Positions 37,027 to 47,612 of a DNA stretch of 64,000 bases are shown here, piece after piece; position 1 is the first letter of the stretch; each line of letters starts with the position of its first letter. The notes below the pieces were generated by a model. The model did no database searches. It was not told the origin of the DNA and saw nothing but the letters and a program-made list of their open reading frames with translations. The position numbers were made by a program, and so were the translations under genes. Source of the stretch: a virus (taxonomy: Duplodnaviria; Heunggongvirae; Uroviricota; Caudoviricetes); IMG/VR virus record IMGVR_UViG_2684623011_000001, positions 53,091 to 117,090 of that record. One strand, given 5' to 3'.

Positions 37027-37835
37027 TACTTGTTACCTGTTTGATCTACAATCACACCATTTGCACCTTGAACAGTAACGAAACCATGCTTAAGGTGTGC
37101 TTGAGCTTCCATGTATTGAATATTCTTATCAGTGATTGAATCAGAAATCTTCTTATTTGCCTTAGCTTCCCCTTCTGCACGTGCGATCTTTGCATTTGCA
37201 TCAGCTTCGGCCTCGGTCTTCTTAGTCTTTGCTTCTAACTTAGCCCGTTCGTTATCTTGACTGGCCTTAATTAAATCATCAATTGATTTTTGAGTTTGAG
37301 CATCAACGTCAGGAACACCGAAACTTAAATCTTCAACAATGAATCCTTGATCTTCAACTGACTTTTGGAAGTCCTTCAAAATGGCGCCTTGGACCTTAGC
37401 AGAGCCAGAGCCCATTACATCAAGCAAACTATACTTGGACAGTTCATCACGACTAGCTTTTTGAAGTTTTTGATTAAGCCATCCGTTTTCGACAGACTTA
37501 ATGTCCGCAGAGCCAAACTTCTTATAAACTTTAGCTGCTTTAGTTGGGTCAACATGATAAGCGTAAGTAATATTAACAGTAGTCTTCTTGCCGTCTTTTG
37601 TAGCTGAACCAACTTTTTGCTTAACGGTTTGGCTACGAACAGGATATTGAGTTACCTTGTCCAATCCGACAAAATGAACCCCCTGGCTCAACGCAGAATC
37701 GCGGACCCCACCTGACATTGAATAGCGCACACCAACATTACCATTATCAATTTTTTCAAAGAAGCGGAAGCCACCAATCATGACACCCAACAATACAATA
37801 ACTGTTCCAATAGACCATTTAACTGATTTTTCCAT
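37026..37835 (-). CDS. SPFH/band-7 (prohibitin/HflK-like) membrane protein
   Basis: N-terminal transmembrane segment, an SPFH-like core, and a C-terminal coiled coil rich in A/E/K (KTKKTEAEADANAKIARAEGEAKA). Confidence 0.65.
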   Translation of the reverse strand: MEKSVKWSIGTVIVLLGVMIGGFRFFEKIDNGNVGVRYSMSGGVRDSALSQGVHFVGLDKVTQYPVRSQTVKQKVGSATKDGKKTTVNITYAYHVDPTKAAKVYKKFGSADIKSVENGWLNQKLQKASRDELSKYSLLDVMGSGSAKVQGAILKDFQKSVEDQGFIVEDLSFGVPDVDAQTQKSIDDLIKASQDNERAKLEAKTKKTEAEADANAKIARAEGEAKANKKISDSITDKNIQYMEAQAHLKHGFVTVQGANGVIVDQTGNK

Positions 37836-38046
37836 TTAGTTCCTCCTTATTTGGTAATATATGAATTTTACTTACAACAATCTTTTTAGCAGGTAATCCA
37901 GTCATTTCACGCCCTGTTCTAACATTAATTGCATCAATAAACTGAACCGTTCCATTGTCACCTGCTACTTCCCATTGTTTTACTGGCACAATTTGAATGC
38001 CTTTATAGTAAAAATACATAGTTTCTCTATTTAACTTCAGCGACAT
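37819..38046 (-). CDS. hypothetical protein
   Basis: 75-aa ORF. Confidence 0.4.
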   Translation of the reverse strand: MSLKLNRETMYFYYKGIQIVPVKQWEVAGDNGTVQFIDAINVRTGREMTGLPAKKIVVSKIHILPNKEELNGKIS

Positions 38047-38272
38047 ACCCTCCTATTAAAGTTAATAACACCACATTTGTGATCTGAGCTAATACAATAG
38101 CCCCAAGGTTTGAATGCGTTGGCTAATTAATTTTTTATACTCAATGTATAGAAACGAATCTTCTGGTAAACAACCCGTAATTCTCATATAATTCAGCATT
38201 TCCAACGCTTCAATTGTTGATATTCTTTTACGCATAATAAGTCCTTTCCGCACTCTCCCAGAGCGTTACGAC

Positions 38273-38584
38273 TTATTTATAATGAATAGTAAATCCCTTG
38301 TGAGTCTTGGTTACACCCTTCAAACAGTTCTCCACAAACATCTCTTTCAATTCATTTTCTTGTAAAAAATGTTTATAATCGATACTTCCTTTAATTAGTT
38401 CAATTACTTCGTCACCCTTTTCAAATGTAACGGCAACACCCTTGGGTTTATCTAACTCATCAACACGTATACCTTGAAATTCTTCACCATTTTGAACGTC
38501 TTTTAAATCAACGTACTGATCACCGCCGTAATCCCATATACGTTCAACCATTACTTGACGATCTTTATATTTTCTTAAATTCAA
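38273..38584 (-). CDS. hypothetical protein
   Basis: 103-aa ORF. Confidence 0.5.
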   Translation of the reverse strand: MNLRKYKDRQVMVERIWDYGGDQYVDLKDVQNGEEFQGIRVDELDKPKGVAVTFEKGDEVIELIKGSIDYKHFLQENELKEMFVENCLKGVTKTHKGFTIHYK

Positions 38585-40786
38585 TTACAATCCCTCTTTT
38601 AAAAAGTCTTCTAAGTTTGTCTTTGCGATTACACTACTAGTCTTTTTAACCGTAGATCGTAATGTCTTCATACTTGAAACGACATAACATTTCTCACTAG
38701 CTCGTGTAATTGCCGTATATAATAACTCTCGACTATTCAACATATACTGAAACGGTAGTGCAATAATGACACACGGAATAGTAGATCCTTGTGATTTATG
38801 AACAGTGATAGCATATCCAAGCCGAATGCTCGATAAATCGCTCTTATCAATTTGCACACGTCCAATGCCATCGAAATTGATAATAACTTCTGTCTTTGTA
38901 TTATCTGACTCAATTGATTCAATGATTCCTGTATTCCCGTTATAAATAGGGATTTCAACCGTCCCGCTTGGGTCGCACGTGTGTCTGTTGTTTTTTGTAT
39001 TAATCACTTTATCGCCAACCCTTAACGTATATGCACCTGGCAATTTAGGATACATTTGAACTGAAGGTTGTCCTTTATCTGGATTAACAATGTTCTGCGC
39101 ATAAGCATTCAATTTATCACAGACCCTTACAGTCGGTGATAAAATTTGAACATCAGTAATAGAGTAGCTATTTATGACATACTTAAATACACGTTTTGTA
39201 TCTTTAAGTATGTCATTCTCATTTTCTTCCAAAACATAACCTAAATCTCTATTACGACCCATCATGTGCCAATTAGATTTTTGTGATAATCCCGTTGGAA
39301 TATTGCCACTTCTAAATTGTAAAGAATGGGTGATAATTGCTGAGTTTTTTGCTTGTCGATGAATTTTATTCAGTGTAACTACAGTAAGTTTATTTGAATT
39401 CAAAATACCTTTCATTACACCAATTCCAATTGCATCAAGCTGAGCACTGTCACCCACCATAATAAGTTTTGTTCCTTTAGAAATAGCCCCAACTAACTTA
39501 GCAAACAAAGTAACGTCTACCATTGAAATTTCATCAACTATAACAACATCTTCATTAATACCCTCTCCATGAGAAAGTAATAGTGAATGAATTGTAGCAG
39601 AGCGCAATCCTGTCACCTTTGTAAGGTTATCTGCTGCCTTACCAGCTAATGCGCAAGCAGCAATGCTATACCCTTTTTCTTTCATTACAGTAACAATAGC
39701 TTTCAAAACTGTTGTCTTTCCTACACCACCAGGTCCCCGTAGGAGTACAACATTTTCTTTCAGTAATTGATTAATAGCTGTTATCTGTTCTGGAGAATAA
39801 TCCCAACCTTGTTCTTGTTGCAGTTTTTCTATAACCTGATCCGACCCATCTAATTCTAGCTTTGAATCTGCTTCAGCTAATCTTTTTAAATTTCGTGCTA
39901 CGTATTTTTCCATATCATAATACGTGCGCAAGGCAATTCTGATGCCTTCTGGTGCTTTATAGACAATAAATTCATCGTCTTTGTTTAGCATCGCAAATGT
40001 GTCAACGATATTACAATCAAAGATTTTCTTACGTAAATGGTCTTTTAGACTATCAATGTTTGTATAGGAACTACCGTCCTCAGCTAGATTTTGAAAATAA
40101 TCAATTAGATATGCTTTTACACGTCTAGGATCATTGTCAGCAATACCTTTTTCTCTCGCCTTATCGTCAATTGTTTTAAATCCAATTCCGGGGATTTTCA
40201 TTAACACATATGGATTCTTCTTAAATTTTTCAATTGCTAATTCCATAGAATTGAAATTGCTTACAATCTCTTTAATCTTTGCTTTAGTAAAACCCCATTG
40301 CCCAAAAATAGCAAAAGCCGTACTAAAATCTCGTTGTTCGTTATATTGTAATAACAAACTCTCCACCGTTTTCGGACCAATACCAGGTATTTCCATTAAT
40401 GCTTTTTTGTCTTGCTTCTCAAAGAGCTCACGAGAATCGGGATACATCTTATTAATCTTAAAAGCCTTGGATGGATTAACTGACACCAAGAAATCTCGAA
40501 ATTCTGATGCACTCATAGTTTCTATTGGTCGATTAAGACGACTTGTTATCAATTTATATTGTGGGCCATATTTCGGATGAACACTATATTCACATTCAAT
40601 AATATAGTCATAATTTAACACGATAGACATATCGCCAGTCAGGGTAATAGTATGACCATCATCATTATATACGGGCCTTCCTGCCTCTACTTTCTTGACA
40701 TATATTTGTGCTATTTTGAATGTATCACTTTCATAAATAAGGCGATTTAGGGAACCTATAATTGATATTGTTTTTTGTTCTTCCAT
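38585..40786 (-). CDS. RecD/TraA-family SF1 DNA helicase
   Basis: HhH motifs (IPGIGPKT). Walker A GPGGVGKTT. DEISMVD. C-terminal VHKSQGST motif typical of RecD2-like helicases. Confidence 0.75.
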   Translation of the reverse strand: MEEQKTISIIGSLNRLIYESDTFKIAQIYVKKVEAGRPVYNDDGHTITLTGDMSIVLNYDYIIECEYSVHPKYGPQYKLITSRLNRPIETMSASEFRDFLVSVNPSKAFKINKMYPDSRELFEKQDKKALMEIPGIGPKTVESLLLQYNEQRDFSTAFAIFGQWGFTKAKIKEIVSNFNSMELAIEKFKKNPYVLMKIPGIGFKTIDDKAREKGIADNDPRRVKAYLIDYFQNLAEDGSSYTNIDSLKDHLRKKIFDCNIVDTFAMLNKDDEFIVYKAPEGIRIALRTYYDMEKYVARNLKRLAEADSKLELDGSDQVIEKLQQEQGWDYSPEQITAINQLLKENVVLLRGPGGVGKTTVLKAIVTVMKEKGYSIAACALAGKAADNLTKVTGLRSATIHSLLLSHGEGINEDVVIVDEISMVDVTLFAKLVGAISKGTKLIMVGDSAQLDAIGIGVMKGILNSNKLTVVTLNKIHRQAKNSAIITHSLQFRSGNIPTGLSQKSNWHMMGRNRDLGYVLEENENDILKDTKRVFKYVINSYSITDVQILSPTVRVCDKLNAYAQNIVNPDKGQPSVQMYPKLPGAYTLRVGDKVINTKNNRHTCDPSGTVEIPIYNGNTGIIESIESDNTKTEVIINFDGIGRVQIDKSDLSSIRLGYAITVHKSQGSTIPCVIIALPFQYMLNSRELLYTAITRASEKCYVVSSMKTLRSTVKKTSSVIAKTNLEDFLKEGL

Positions 40787-41101
40787 CTAATATTTCAACA
40801 CCTTATTTAAAACGTCTAGTTCACTTGAATAGTTGTATACATCTAATCTTTTTTCTAATAGATAGTAAATCATCACTTTTCGACCCGCTTGAATTAGTTT
40901 AGAAACGTTATCTTCACTCAAAATAAGATTATTTGCTAATTTTACATTTGAGGTCGTATTCGTTCTTGTAAATTTATCTTTACCAACACGCTTACTTTCA
41001 AAAGCTTCTTCAGGTTTAAGCTCTAGCATAAATCCAGTCATGTTAAAATCATTCTTTAAAGTAAACGTAAAAGGCTCAGCCTTCAATTTTGATAATTTCA
41101 T
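40787..41101 (-). CDS. hypothetical protein
   Basis: 104-aa ORF. Confidence 0.5.
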   Translation of the reverse strand: MKLSKLKAEPFTFTLKNDFNMTGFMLELKPEEAFESKRVGKDKFTRTNTTSNVKLANNLILSEDNVSKLIQAGRKVMIYYLLEKRLDVYNYSSELDVLNKVLKY

Positions 41102-41633
41102 TATGTAAAACCTCCTCTAACGGCAAAGTAAAGTCTGGGTGTGCTTCTTTCCAGTCACGTGCCCTATACGCTTTAAAACCACGTTTTTCTTTCTTGGCAG
41201 TAATCATTGGACCCAGCGCACGTCTGTCACTAAATCCGATAAATTCAGCACCCGTTTGCCGATTTCGCATGAACCAACTTTGACCGTCTTCGCTACGTTG
41301 CATGATCACCCCGTGATACAACATATATAGGGATTCATAAAAATCATTTAACTCAAGCTCCTCAATACGTTGTTTTACAGTTGTATGATGCATACCAAGA
41401 TGTTTCCCAATTTTATTCACGTTATCATAACCATCTTGATAACATTGCAATAGAATATTTGCAAACGATTCTCGGTTTTCATATGGATATAATGTTTTAT
41501 GAATAAATGCTTGGCACCACTTTAGATCTTTATTGTCATCACTTACTCGTGTTACCCAAGATTCCTGTGTTGTGCGTAGCTCTTCTAGTTTATGAAGATG
41601 TTCGTAAAAATCGTCAGTCAGCAAAGATGTCAT
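41076..41633 (-). CDS. putative HTH regulator / sigma-like factor
   Basis: IGKHLGMHHTTVKQRIEEL helix-turn-helix segment. Confidence 0.35.
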   Translation of the reverse strand: MTSLLTDDFYEHLHKLEELRTTQESWVTRVSDDNKDLKWCQAFIHKTLYPYENRESFANILLQCYQDGYDNVNKIGKHLGMHHTTVKQRIEELELNDFYESLYMLYHGVIMQRSEDGQSWFMRNRQTGAEFIGFSDRRALGPMITAKKEKRGFKAYRARDWKEAHPDFTLPLEEVLHNEIIKIEG

Positions 41634-41714
41634 TTATATTCACCTAAAGTCTATTATTTTACTGGTAACTCGTATAAGAGTCTAACATATATATTTGTCA
41701 CTAACAAGTATTTA

Positions 41715-43217
41715 TCATTCTAAGTCATTGTCGATCTGTGTAAGTCCCACATCTCTAATTGTATTAAGACCACGATCAACCTCTAAAACAGCTTGCCGAT
41801 TTGTTTTTCCCTGTCTGTTCTTATCCCAAAATACAATCATGTAATCTTTATCTTCATCTAACAAATGCTGATGGTGATCTCTTCCTATAACTTTTAAAGC
41901 TTTATCACCCGTTTTCTCAGATAAACTAGCCATACGAATCAACATTAGTGATGAAACCACATCGGTCACATTTTTTGCCATTCCAATCATACTTTGATCT
42001 AAATAACGTGATCTCCGATTTGTTTTAGTCATCTGAGCTGTGACCCAAATATGTACATTTAGGTTGCTTGGTTTGATAACGTTATATAGCTTTACCATAT
42101 TTTGCTGAAGCTGCAACCATGAGTTATCGTTAACTCGACTATATGTATCATTGTCTAGTTTCAACGTATCTAAAATAAAATACTTAATATCATATAGCCG
42201 TGCATACTTCTTTATTAAGCGAATTGTTTTAGCCATGCTGAATTCATTCATGTTAACAAAATTTATCATGCCTTCTTCAACTTTGGAGTCATACCAATCT
42301 CTCGCCTCATTAAGGAGATCCCATTCCTCATCGCTGAATCCACCATTTAAGAATCTACTTTTATTAAATTCTGCTTCTGGATGATAACTGTTTATATATG
42401 CCGCCAATAGCCCCTGAAGATACCTACTTCTTTCTTCTTCGTTGGCAATTATTAATACTGGTTCACCATTTCTAATAGAGCTACGAATATGCAACATTGT
42501 TGTCAAGAAGGTTTTTCCTACCCCTGAATTTGCAGCAACCATTGTGATATTACCTAAAGCAAGTCCATTTTGTATTCCGTCTAGTAATCGACTACCGATA
42601 GGAAGGCCCTTTGCTTCTCCTTCATCTGACTTTTTAAGCATTTCATCAATGTCAGAGAACATATCTTCAACCTTGTCATTGCCTAATTGAGTATCAACAA
42701 ATGCTTCTGCGACTAGTCCCTCTAAGACTTCATTTAAAGTCTCTAAATCCATACTCTGGTAGGTTTTCCAATTTTTTTCAATCGGAAAACCGGCTTTAGT
42801 TAAGCGTAAAAGGGTCTTATATCGTTGTAGCTCACTAAAGTAACTTTCAATATTGGTATCCTCTACAATGTTCATACCCTTTTCTATCGTTTCGTATGAG
42901 CCACATTTCTTATAGAGATCCTGGAACTTTTCATTTTTAGTTGAAACATAAGCTGAGACCGAAACCGCATCCATCTTACGTAATTTACGATCTTCTACCA
43001 TTTCTTTCAGCATACGGTAGTAGAATCGCCACATAGAACTATCAAAGTCCTCTAACCTTAATTCGTAGTCATAATAATAATTTGTATTGGCATAAAGACT
43101 AAAGACTAGTTGACTTTCAATAATTGATTTTTCTTTTTCAAGTTCTTTATAAAAGTCGGTTTTTACAAAGCTGTTTTCCTTTTTCGTAGTTCGTTTCAAG
43201 TCTCCAGTCCTCTCCAA
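41715..43217 (-). CDS. DnaB-family replicative helicase
   Basis: 500 aa. Walker A AANSGVGKTF. Walker B ILDTL. Layout of a RecA-like C-terminal domain. Confidence 0.6.
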   Translation of the reverse strand: MERTGDLKRTTKKENSFVKTDFYKELEKEKSIIESQLVFSLYANTNYYYDYELRLEDFDSSMWRFYYRMLKEMVEDRKLRKMDAVSVSAYVSTKNEKFQDLYKKCGSYETIEKGMNIVEDTNIESYFSELQRYKTLLRLTKAGFPIEKNWKTYQSMDLETLNEVLEGLVAEAFVDTQLGNDKVEDMFSDIDEMLKKSDEGEAKGLPIGSRLLDGIQNGLALGNITMVAANSGVGKTFLTTMLHIRSSIRNGEPVLIIANEEERSRYLQGLLAAYINSYHPEAEFNKSRFLNGGFSDEEWDLLNEARDWYDSKVEEGMINFVNMNEFSMAKTIRLIKKYARLYDIKYFILDTLKLDNDTYSRVNDNSWLQLQQNMVKLYNVIKPSNLNVHIWVTAQMTKTNRRSRYLDQSMIGMAKNVTDVVSSLMLIRMASLSEKTGDKALKVIGRDHHQHLLDEDKDYMIVFWDKNRQGKTNRQAVLEVDRGLNTIRDVGLTQIDNDLE

Positions 43218-43223
43218 AAATCT

Positions 43224-43520
43224 TTATTTTAATAGTTTGGCCAAAATATAGCTGCGTTCCTCAGCAATAAAATTTTGAATTTCATGAATAGGGAATCGTT
43301 TAAATTGAATATCTTTTGCGTAATAAAATTCCAATTCTTCGAAAAATAAACTGATATTTGATGTTAAATCTCCAGATAAGCTTTCTAGAACTTCAACAAT
43401 TTTCTTCATTTTTAATTCTGACCTTACAATTCCATATAATCCAAAACTTGCTAATAAAATATCAAGGTTATCTTCAATTTTAGAATCAACTAATTTTAAT
43501 TTTGCTTCATTTACCATCAT
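43224..43520 (-). CDS. hypothetical protein
   Basis: 98-aa ORF. Confidence 0.5.
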   Translation of the reverse strand: MMVNEAKLKLVDSKIEDNLDILLASFGLYGIVRSELKMKKIVEVLESLSGDLTSNISLFFEELEFYYAKDIQFKRFPIHEIQNFIAEERSYILAKLLK

Positions 43521-43522
43521 TA

Positions 43523-44164
43523 CTATACTAAACTTACCTTTCGTTTCCCTGTGCCTTTCTTCTTATATGAAACACCATGATATGTCATATCCTCTTGTTT
43601 GAGCTTTTCCGCTTTCTTCTGCAATTGCTCTACTCGTTTCATGTTCTTATCAATTGTCCCAATATAATTTTCAAGGATGGTCATAATATAATTGATTTCA
43701 TGCCTCTCGTCTCGGAATCTCACAACCTTCTTACGTTGTTCGATGATCGGTTTACAGAATTTCATAGTATTTAGCATGGTGGCAAAACTATAACCCTGCT
43801 TTGTCCCACGTGTATTAGTGTTTTTCGGAGCAAATTTGCCTACCTTCAATCCCAACAGACGAGTAACGTAATATTTGCGAATGGTTTCATTTCCTCTTCC
43901 ACCATCAGCAGTAGCAGTATATAAATTATCTTGAAAATATCTATATACATCGTCCCATTCCGCACTATATATATGTTTGTCCTTATCACTCTTCTGCTTT
44001 TCTAGAAAAACTGGTAAGCAATCATAGTGGAACTTGCGTGTCACTTCTTCTTTTACCCCATTAGAATGAGTGATATAAATAGGCTTCAGTACCCAATCAT
44101 CATCAAGTATTTCTTTATCACAGTAGTAGCAGAACTCTCTTTGATCTTTTGGTAATTCTTCCAT
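43523..44164 (-). CDS. hypothetical zinc-binding protein (replication-associated?)
   Basis: CYYCDKE ... HYDC. Confidence 0.45.
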   Translation of the reverse strand: MEELPKDQREFCYYCDKEILDDDWVLKPIYITHSNGVKEEVTRKFHYDCLPVFLEKQKSDKDKHIYSAEWDDVYRYFQDNLYTATADGGRGNETIRKYYVTRLLGLKVGKFAPKNTNTRGTKQGYSFATMLNTMKFCKPIIEQRKKVVRFRDERHEINYIMTILENYIGTIDKNMKRVEQLQKKAEKLKQEDMTYHGVSYKKKGTGKRKVSLV

Positions 44165-44166
44165 AA

Positions 44167-45426
44167 CTACAATCCAATCGTCTTAATTTCAAAATTGCTA
44201 TCGTTAACAAGTACTATCCCTTGTGATCGGGAGGATTTGGCACCTAATTTAACTGAGTAATCATCCATTCCTTTAACTGAACCAAATGCTATTTGATATC
44301 GATTATTACCGACTTCAACCATATAATTGTGATGAATATGTCCTGAGATCACTGCATCATAATGTTTGTCATGGATTTCGCCCAATTCAGCTAAAGTAGT
44401 TGGTTTTTTAATACTGTTTCGATCACCATGTACAAATGCGAAATGAAACCCTCTTAAATCTAAATCGGTAAAATAGTCATCTGCGTCAATAAACTTTACA
44501 TCTGAGCCCGCTAACTCAATCCACATTTTAATAATGCTATTACTTACTCGAACTGCATGATCATTATTTAAGTTATTATTCTTATCACCCTGCATGCGAT
44601 CATGGTTTCCTGCAATGGCTCGATATGTTACTAATTCAACGTTGTCACGAATATATTGAATAAATTCAATAATTAATCTTGTTACATTAACAATTTGTTC
44701 TGACAATGTTTCTTCTGAATCAAATAGGTTTTGATTGCGCATATAAGCATGTTCTACAATGTCGCCTAAATTAACAATATCTACACTTGTTACATGGAAC
44801 CGCTTGATATTAGTGACAACCTTACGTGCATATTCTTCTAAAAGATATCGAACTGCTTCTGTATCATAGTAGTTTTCGGAAATATCAACGTGTGCCCCAT
44901 AATGAATATCCGATAAACATACAATCATTGAATTATCTTCGTCCGTTTCCCAATCTGGTAACACAACTGGATTATTAGGTTTAACTAAAGTAGTCGATTG
45001 TAGCGCTTTTGCTACTTCCTCAGTAAAGATAACACCTTTATTTGTGTCACGAATTAGCTTTCTAGTACGACGTGCTTGTTCTTGTAAGTCTAATTTAGTG
45101 CTATTAAGACTGCCAATTTCATTTTTAATAGCTTGCAACTTACCATCAGAAACTAATTCTGCGTGTGTCATTTGGCTTGGCAATACTCCTAGTTCCTTTT
45201 GACACCGTTTGATTAAACAACGGTAGTTTTCATTAGTATCGCTATCCGTAAAACCTTCTTGTTGCATCATACTCTTATGTTTAGCCCACGAACAACGTCG
45301 TGTAGGTGATAATTTTTGCAACTCTTCTTTAATTTTGATCGCAGTTTCAATGTGTTCAGAAGTTACAACAATCCGTTCACCCTTGCGATTTACGTAACTA
45401 CGTATTGTAATTTTCAAAACCTCCAT
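44167..45426 (-). CDS. Mre11/SbcD-family metallophosphoesterase nuclease
   Basis: Motifs LSDIHYG, GDIVEH, GNHD, GHIHHN. Confidence 0.75.
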   Translation of the reverse strand: MEVLKITIRSYVNRKGERIVVTSEHIETAIKIKEELQKLSPTRRCSWAKHKSMMQQEGFTDSDTNENYRCLIKRCQKELGVLPSQMTHAELVSDGKLQAIKNEIGSLNSTKLDLQEQARRTRKLIRDTNKGVIFTEEVAKALQSTTLVKPNNPVVLPDWETDEDNSMIVCLSDIHYGAHVDISENYYDTEAVRYLLEEYARKVVTNIKRFHVTSVDIVNLGDIVEHAYMRNQNLFDSEETLSEQIVNVTRLIIEFIQYIRDNVELVTYRAIAGNHDRMQGDKNNNLNNDHAVRVSNSIIKMWIELAGSDVKFIDADDYFTDLDLRGFHFAFVHGDRNSIKKPTTLAELGEIHDKHYDAVISGHIHHNYMVEVGNNRYQIAFGSVKGMDDYSVKLGAKSSRSQGIVLVNDSNFEIKTIGL

Positions 45427-45494
45427 TGTTTTTGTTTAATATGTACACGGGAATAATCCCGCAAGTTTTATATGTTTATTTCTATAAAGTCTAT

Positions 45495-46448
45495 TTATTT
45501 ACTCATTAAAGCTAAAACTTTATCCTGTTGTTCTTTATTCATTTCCTTAATCTTCTTAGTTCCTGTTGCAGCAACCATGTCTTCAACAAATTTCTTCTTT
45601 GTGTCTGCATCAATTGTTGCAAAGTATTCCTTTACACGATCTGCAAAACTCATCTCGCCCTTTACTTCTTCATAGTAGGCCTTTTGAGATTTTTCAGCAT
45701 CTTTACTAAAATCTTTAGCAACTATTTCTCCTTGGTTGTCCTTAGATTCAAGGCGGTGAGCCCAATTTTGATAACTTGGATTTTCAACAATATCACCACG
45801 TTCAAATACTTCTAAACGATCCTTTTCGATTTCGCCATAGTACTTGTTATCCTTGGTAAATAACCGAATTACTACATCGTAGTCAAAACGAGCTCTTTTA
45901 TCCATGTTTGGCTTTTCTCCGACCTTTACACGTTGACCATTACCAGCATCTTCCATTTCATCAGCTGCCTGTGCAACTGAAATGATATTGATTCCCTGAC
46001 TTGCTAAACGAAGTTTTGCGTTTTGGAGACGACCTGACAATTGACCTATCTTTCCATAGGAACGCATGGATAAATTAGCATCGAGTACATCTCGACCTTT
46101 ACGCGCCGCACGTGTTTCTTCAACATTTTGTAATGCCTCTTTAATGTTTTCATAGACCTTGGTCTCTGAATCGATAACAAGTGACGAAAACTCTTCATCG
46201 TTTGCATCATCTAATTCGTCCATCAAATTTTCAAGATCGTCATACGATTGCGAATCTAATATACCAACAACATTACGCGTACGTTCTGTTCCTTCATACC
46301 ATGAATACCCATCTTCGCTGTCAACAACGATTGATTTTGGAAATGATAATGCGAATACCGTCTTACCACTACCGGATTCACCGTAAATAAGAATCTTCAT
46401 ACCCTTTTTACGACTGTTAGGTTTGCGCAATCCACTTAAAATACTCAA
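45495..46448 (-). CDS. RecA-like / Sak4-like P-loop ATPase
   Basis: Walker A ILIYGESGSGKT near the N-terminus. 317 aa. Located in the recombination block. Confidence 0.45.
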   Translation of the reverse strand: MSILSGLRKPNSRKKGMKILIYGESGSGKTVFALSFPKSIVVDSEDGYSWYEGTERTRNVVGILDSQSYDDLENLMDELDDANDEEFSSLVIDSETKVYENIKEALQNVEETRAARKGRDVLDANLSMRSYGKIGQLSGRLQNAKLRLASQGINIISVAQAADEMEDAGNGQRVKVGEKPNMDKRARFDYDVVIRLFTKDNKYYGEIEKDRLEVFERGDIVENPSYQNWAHRLESKDNQGEIVAKDFSKDAEKSQKAYYEEVKGEMSFADRVKEYFATIDADTKKKFVEDMVAATGTKKIKEMNKEQQDKVLALMSK

Positions 46449-46466
46449 TTAATTTCCCCCCCTATA

Positions 46467-47612
46467 TTATGCAAATAAATCATCATCTGAAAATACATCG
46501 TCTTCTTCACTGTCAACGGTAGTATCTACTGTTTGATCGTCCTCTTCATTATCAAATTCGTCTGTTTCGTCTTCTAACATCACAAGTGCTTCTGGTGAAT
46601 AAGTATCGCTAAAGAGTGGTAGAATTTTACCATCTTCAGAATGAATCATTGGATGATCAAACACATTTTCTTCAATGCGATTTTCTGTAATCGTTGCTTC
46701 ATTTTGCACCTGTTCCAATGTCATAATCCCAGCATCAATAAGATCTTGAATTTCCGGTGTAACCTCAATGTTGCCTGTAGAACTTTCATACCCAAAGAAT
46801 AGCTTAGTAACAATATCCATCTTGCGTACTACGCCCTTCTTTACTGTGAACCACTCTTCAACTTTTGACATGAACTTTTCACGATTTTCATCATCTTCAT
46901 TAGTCTTAATTACAATCTGCTGTGGCATTGCAACAGTTTTCTTAATCTTCTTACCGTTGTACTTCCCAACATATTGTGGAACAAAAAGATTAACCTTGAT
47001 TTGTCCATCTTCTTCAATCTTCTTTTTCCATTGACGTGGGAGAGCATTACTATCTACTAAGTACATTTGCGACATTGTTGCCAAGTCATCATTTTCTGGA
47101 TTCTTAAGATAGATCTGCGTTACGTTCAATCTTTGTTGAGTACGTCCATTGTATTGTTGGTATTCAACATCACCACGGATTTCAACAGGTGTACCATCTT
47201 CTAAATGTTCTGCAAGATATTCGATAGCATCAACTGGTGATAAGAACTTCTTCAATGTAGCCTTATCACTACCTTCTTGTTTCTCAATAGCAATACGAAT
47301 AAACTCTCTATTTGGAATATTTTCTAGGACTGTCTTATTAGTTCGTAAATCCCACTTAACTTGAATTGGTTCATTATCATTATTCATAGTATAAATAACC
47401 GGGTTTTCCGAGCTACGACCACCCATAATTTCTACGTATTGATAGTTATTGTCACCGACTTTAATAGCGAAAGAAGATCTACGATACTTCCAACCTGAAT
47501 CTGAAACAGTATCCTCTCGTGGGAATGTCTTATCATCAACTACTGCGGTTCCTCGTAATACAAAACGAGAAATACCTGAGCGAAGTTCTGTTTCTAATTT
47601 AGTTTTTGCCAT
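46467..47612 (-). CDS. putative ssDNA-binding protein (acidic DDDLFA C-terminal tail)
   Basis: The C-terminus resembles the SSB acidic tip DDDIPF. Located in the replication/recombination block. Confidence 0.35.
   Translation of the reverse strand: MAKTKLETELRSGISRFVLRGTAVVDDKTFPREDTVSDSGWKYRRSSFAIKVGDNNYQYVEIMGGRSSENPVIYTMNNDNEPIQVKWDLRTNKTVLENIPNREFIRIAIEKQEGSDKATLKKFLSPVDAIEYLAEHLEDGTPVEIRGDVEYQQYNGRTQQRLNVTQIYLKNPENDDLATMSQMYLVDSNALPRQWKKKIEEDGQIKVNLFVPQYVGKYNGKKIKKTVAMPQQIVIKTNEDDENREKFMSKVEEWFTVKKGVVRKMDIVTKLFFGYESSTGNIEVTPEIQDLIDAGIMTLEQVQNEATITENRIEENVFDHPMIHSEDGKILPLFSDTYSPEALVMLEDETDEFDNEEDDQTVDTTVDSEEDDVFSDDDLFA

Noticed and set aside
38737-42690. Antisense ORFs within the RecD-like and DnaB-like helicase genes (38737-38958, 40134-40580, 42151-42384, 42442-42690)
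   Set aside because: They are embedded antisense in long CDSs with Walker motifs. They are serine/leucine-rich frames typical of artefacts.
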